From positions 480,001 to 544,000 of the forward strand of contig CBDBCF010000001.1 in assembly GCA_965202985.1 (NCBI GenBank): a stretch of 64,000 bases of DNA, in the 5' to 3' direction. The notes below the pieces were generated by a model. The model did not search any database. It saw only the letters and a program-made list of their open reading frames with translations, and was not told the origin of the DNA. Positions 60,182-64,000 of this stretch are shown one piece after another. Numbering within the stretch: the first letter of the stretch is position 1; every line of letters begins with the position of its first letter. A program made the position numbers and the translations under genes. This stretch comes from Longimicrobiales bacterium (GTDB lineage Bacteria; Gemmatimonadota; Gemmatimonadetes; Longimicrobiales; Gaopeijiaceae).

Positions 60182-63100
60182 TTGTTGGCAGCGGTGAGGA
60201 GGGCGGTCTCGGGCATACGCGGCTCGGCGTCCGGCGGCGGAGCGTGGATAGGTCTCGCCATCCCCTGCTTGCTGGCATCGATCGGAGGAGTGCCCGCCAG
60301 CGGAGCTGAAGCCCAGGCTCCGACGGTGAACCAGATCGTGTTCCGCGGCTTGGGGGCAGGCGACAGCACGTACTACCGGGACGAAGTGGTTCGGGTCCGC
60401 GTGTTCTTCACGCAGCACGTCACTGTGGACACGTCGGGCGGCGAGCCGTACCTGGACCTGACGGTCGGCGCGACGACGCGCCGGGCCGCATACAACTCTT
60501 CGCGGCAGAACTACCTGGGCTTCAGCTACCGTGTGCAGGCGGACGACTTCGACAGCGACGGCGTGAGCGTTCCAGCGAACAGCTTGAAGCTGAACGGCGC
60601 GACGGTCGTGGCGAAGAACGACACCACGGTCGGCGCGGATGTGGCCCACGACTCGGCGGCGGGCGGTCCGTCGCGCAAGGTGGACGGCAGCAAGTACCGG
60701 TCGCCGGAAGTGCGCAACGTGACGTTCAGCAACTCGCCGGCCAGCGGCGACACCTACGGGTACGGCGAGCAGATCGAGGCCTCGGTCGCCTTCGGTCATC
60801 GCGTCTTGCTGACCACGACGGGCGGCACGCCGACCTTGGCGCTGACGATCGGCGCGCACACCCGGCAAGCCACGCTCGGCACGCGGGCAGGGAAGCGGAC
60901 GCGCCTGACGTTCTCGTACACGGTGCAGTCGGCGGACCTTGCTCCGGCAGGCGCGAGCATCGCGGCGAACGCCTTGAGCCTGAACGGCGGCAAGATCACG
61001 CACGACTCCGACACCGCCACGCACGCGGTCCTCGCTCACGGGGCCGTAGCGGCCGATTCGACCCGCAAGGTGAGCGGCCGCCAGGGCCGCCCGCCGAAGG
61101 TCGAGGAGGTCGCGTTCGCCGGTCCCGCACCGAAGGACAGCGTGTACCGGCGGGGCGACACGATCGCGGTTCGTGTGGGGTTCGACGACTCGGTTGCGGT
61201 GAACACGGCGGGCGGCAAGCCGCAGGTGGCGCTGACGATCGGCGCGGCGACCAGACAGGCGACGTTCTCAGCGCACGGCGGCAAGGCGTTGGAGTTCGCG
61301 TATGTGGTGCAGGCGGCGGACCGGGACGCGGACGGCGTCGGCATCGCGGCGAACGCGCTGGCGCTGAACGGCGCGACGATCAGGGGAGTCGGCGCCGCGT
61401 CCGCGCGCGACGCCGACGTGACGCATCCGTTGGTGGAGGCGAGCGCGGCGCGGACGGTGGACGGGAGCAAGGTGCGGGCACCGGCGGTCCGCGGCGTCGC
61501 GTTCGCGGGCTCGGTGCCCGACGGGGGCACGTACCACTACGACGCCGAGGTGCGTGTCGAGGTCGTCTTCGACCGGAGCGTGGTGGTGAACGCTGCGGGT
61601 GGGAGTCCTCGGCTCGCGCTTGCGGTGGGGGCGCAGCAGCGGCACGCGGCGTTCGTGCCTTCGGCGAGCACCGCCACGGCGCTGGTGTTCGCGTACCGCG
61701 TGCAGTCGGCGGACGTGGATTCGGACGGCGCGAGCGTGGGCGCGAACGCGCTGGACCTGAACGGCGGCGCGATCAAGGCGGCAGCGGACAGCACGGTGTC
61801 GGCGAACGTGACGCACGACGCTTTGGCGTCCGACCTGACGAGGAAGGTGGACGGGCGACCGCGGATCACGGGCCTGGAGTTCCACAACACGCCTTTGAGC
61901 CCGCCGGCGCCGGGGGGCGTGTACGGGTACGAGGAACGGATATGGGTACTGGTGCGCTTCGATCAGAAGATGGTGTTGCAGCAGTGGGTGCACTTGCCGA
62001 TCGAAGTGGGGACGGACACGGTGCGAGCGCGGTTGAACGCGCGGCCGCGGGAGGAAGACAGGGCGGTGGTGTTCTACTACGTCATAACTCGCGATGCGGT
62101 GGACACGGACGGCGTGAGTGTGCCGAAGGGGTCGTTGCAGTTGAGCGGCGGGTGGTTGCGGGCGGCGTCGGACGGGGTGACGAATGCGCGGCTGGAACAT
62201 GACGGGCTTGCTGCGGACAGCAGCTGGCGGGTGAACGGGCGGCTGACGCCGGTACCGCGGCCGGTCGTGAACTTGTGGGAAGAGTTCCCGGCGAAAGGGA
62301 GCACGTACACGCGGCACGAGCGAATCAACATCAACGTGTCGTACACGGTTGCGGTGGCAGTGACGGGCACTCCGGAGCTGACGCTGAACCTGGGGACGGG
62401 GACGCGGCAGCTGGCGATGGTCAGCCACAGAGGCCGTGGGCTGTCCTTTGAGTACGTGGTGCAGGCGGGCGATGTGGACGCGGACGGCATCAGCGTGTCG
62501 GCGAACGCGTTGTCGTTGCCGAGCGGAGCGACGATCCGGGCGGCCGCAGACACGAGCGTGGTGGCGTCGCTGACGCACGACTCGCTGCCGGCGAGCGCGG
62601 CGCACAAGGTGGACGGGAGCCGGGCGGGAGCCGCAGATGTGGTGTCGCTGTCCGTCTATCCGCATCCGTCGAGCGACAGCACGTACACGCGCGGCGAGGA
62701 GTTGTACTTGGCTGTGCAGTTCGACCGCGACGTCGCGGTGGACACGACGGGCGGCCGGCCGCGGGTCGCGCTCGAGATCGGCGACTCGACGCGGCACGCG
62801 ACGTACGTGTGGCCGTTCACGAACACGCCGTCGCGGCGGGTGTTCATGTACGTGGTGCAGGCGGGCGACGTGGACGCCGACGGGCTGAGCATCGCCGCGG
62901 ACGCTTTGGAGCTGAACGGGGGCGCGATCACGGCGCCGGACGACACGGTGTCGGCGGACCTGTCGCACGACGCGCTGGCGCTGGGCTCGGCGTTCAAGGT
63001 GGACGGGAGGCGTGCGGGCGTTCCGCGCGTGCGCTGGATGTGGTTCAACGAGCCGGCGGAAGGCGACACGTACCTGCGAGGCGAGCGGGTCGTGGTGATA

Positions 63101-64000
63101 CTCGGCTTCGACCGCGCGACGGCGGTGGACACCGTCGGCGGGCGGCCGCGGATCGCGCTGCAAGTGGGCGACTCGACGCGCTACGCGACGTACCCGAGCA
63201 TTCCGCGCACGTGGACGAACTTCAACTTCGAGTACGTGGTGCAGGCGGGCGACGTGGACGCCGACGGGCTGAGCATCGCCGCGAACGCATTGGAGCTGAA
63301 CGGCGGCTCGTTCACGGCGCCGGGCGACACGACGCCGGCCGTCCTGACGCACGACTCGCTGCCGGCGAGCGCGGCGCACAAGGTGGACGGGCGCCGGGCG
63401 GGAGCCGCAGATGTGGTGTCGCTGTCCGTCTATCCGCATCCGTCGAGCGACAGCACGTACACGCGCGGCGAGGAGTTGTACTTGGCTGTGCAGTTCGACC
63501 GCGACGTCGCGGTGGACACGACGGGCGGCCGGCCGCGGGTCGCGCTCGAGATCGGCGACTCGACGCGGCACGCGACGTACATGTGGCCGTTCACGAACAC
63601 GCCGTCGCGGCGGGTGTTCATGTACGTGGTGCAGGCGGGCGACGTGGACGCCGACGGGCTGAGCATCGCCGCGGACGCTTTGGAGCTGAACGGGGGCGCG
63701 ATCACGGCGCCGGACGACACGGTGTCGGCGGACCTGTCGCACGACGCGCTGGCGCTGGGCTCGGCGTTCAAGGTGGACGGGAGGCGTGCGGGCGTTCCGC
63801 GCGCGCGCTGGATGTGGTTCAACGAGCCGGCGGAGGGCGACACGTACCTGCGAGGCGAGCGGGTCGTGGTGATGCTCGGCTTCGACCGCGCGACGGCGGT
63901 GGACACCGTCGGCGGGCGGCCGCGGATCGCGCTGCAAGTGGGCGACTCGACGCGCTACGCGACGTACCCGAGCGTTCCGCGCACGTGGACGAACTTCAAC
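60182..64000 (+). CDS. Giant secreted surface protein with tandem ~128-aa Ig-like repeats (5' part; runs off window; not in ORF track)
   Basis: Reading frame is consistent from TTG 60182 (GGTGGAG upstream, signal peptide ...ASGAEA|QAP) to 64000; at least 10 repeats of TY--G--I-V-V-F---V-V----G-P---L-IG---R-A...F-Y-VQA-D-D-DG-SI-ANAL-LNG. Confidence 0.9.
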   Translation, partial: MLAAVRRAVSGIRGSASGGGAWIGLAIPCLLASIGGVPASGAEAQAPTVNQIVFRGLGAGDSTYYRDEVVRVRVFFTQHVTVDTSGGEPYLDLTVGATTRRAAYNSSRQNYLGFSYRVQADDFDSDGVSVPANSLKLNGATVVAKNDTTVGADVAHDSAAGGPSRKVDGSKYRSPEVRNVTFSNSPASGDTYGYGEQIEASVAFGHRVLLTTTGGTPTLALTIGAHTRQATLGTRAGKRTRLTFSYTVQSADLAPAGASIAANALSLNGGKITHDSDTATHAVLAHGAVAADSTRKVSGRQGRPPKVEEVAFAGPAPKDSVYRRGDTIAVRVGFDDSVAVNTAGGKPQVALTIGAATRQATFSAHGGKALEFAYVVQAADRDADGVGIAANALALNGATIRGVGAASARDADVTHPLVEASAARTVDGSKVRAPAVRGVAFAGSVPDGGTYHYDAEVRVEVVFDRSVVVNAAGGSPRLALAVGAQQRHAAFVPSASTATALVFAYRVQSADVDSDGASVGANALDLNGGAIKAAADSTVSANVTHDALASDLTRKVDGRPRITGLEFHNTPLSPPAPGGVYGYEERIWVLVRFDQKMVLQQWVHLPIEVGTDTVRARLNARPREEDRAVVFYYVITRDAVDTDGVSVPKGSLQLSGGWLRAASDGVTNARLEHDGLAADSSWRVNGRLTPVPRPVVNLWEEFPAKGSTYTRHERININVSYTVAVAVTGTPELTLNLGTGTRQLAMVSHRGRGLSFEYVVQAGDVDADGISVSANALSLPSGATIRAAADTSVVASLTHDSLPASAAHKVDGSRAGAADVVSLSVYPHPSSDSTYTRGEELYLAVQFDRDVAVDTTGGRPRVALEIGDSTRHATYVWPFTNTPSRRVFMYVVQAGDVDADGLSIAADALELNGGAITAPDDTVSADLSHDALALGSAFKVDGRRAGVPRVRWMWFNEPAEGDTYLRGERVVVILGFDRATAVDTVGGRPRIALQVGDSTRYATYPSIPRTWTNFNFEYVVQAGDVDADGLSIAANALELNGGSFTAPGDTTPAVLTHDSLPASAAHKVDGRRAGAADVVSLSVYPHPSSDSTYTRGEELYLAVQFDRDVAVDTTGGRPRVALEIGDSTRHATYMWPFTNTPSRRVFMYVVQAGDVDADGLSIAADALELNGGAITAPDDTVSADLSHDALALGSAFKVDGRRAGVPRARWMWFNEPAEGDTYLRGERVVVMLGFDRATAVDTVGGRPRIALQVGDSTRYATYPSVPRTWTNFN
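62450..64000 (+). repeat. Near-identical 774-bp tandem duplication (two repeat domains per unit)
   Basis: Identical shadow ORFs at 62637-62888 and 63411-63662; only a few substitutions visible over most of the unit. Confidence 0.9.

Noticed and set aside
62450..64000. Duplicated unit as a DGR template/variable repeat pair
   Set aside because: Both copies are in-frame coding, the differences include G>A and T>C rather than adenine-only, and no reverse transcriptase is in the window.

Overview
High-GC bacterial chromosome segment. Gene content suggests Gemmatimonadota, possibly a marine or sponge-associated lineage; that assignment is inference. The first ~20.3 kb is core genome: an Rpn fragment, ftsB, eno, plsC, thiL, nnr, glyA, a Leu-dehydrogenase/acyl-CoA dehydrogenase/hbd/bioY/thiolase run, mog, a squalene-synthase-like gene, mazG-like, folE2, L31B/L33/L28 and an outer-membrane protein. 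About 20.3-53 kb is a defence/accessory island. It holds three near-identical beta-propeller lipoprotein genes bracketing an ATPase / MT-A70 / AlbA_2 / dual-OB / DUF488 / DUF488 gene run. It also holds an uncharacterised nuclease-like two-gene pair, a split type I R-M system, an Mrr-TPR nuclease, decayed IS21 elements, Rpn genes and an AAA_14 + REase-NTPase pair. The type I R-M system is the most unusual feature. HsdR carries an intact-looking LexA/S24 autopeptidase domain (Ala-Gly site, Ser/Lys dyad) inserted between its nuclease and motor domains. A HEPN RNase gene sits between hsdM and hsdS, and its MNT antitoxin is fused in frame to the N-terminus of HsdS. 53-64 kb encodes further beta-propeller lipoproteins, a VPS10/BNR protein, an ARPP-1 protein and the 5' part of a giant repeat surface protein that the ORF track missed. 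All family calls come from motif recognition by eye; no database searches were run.
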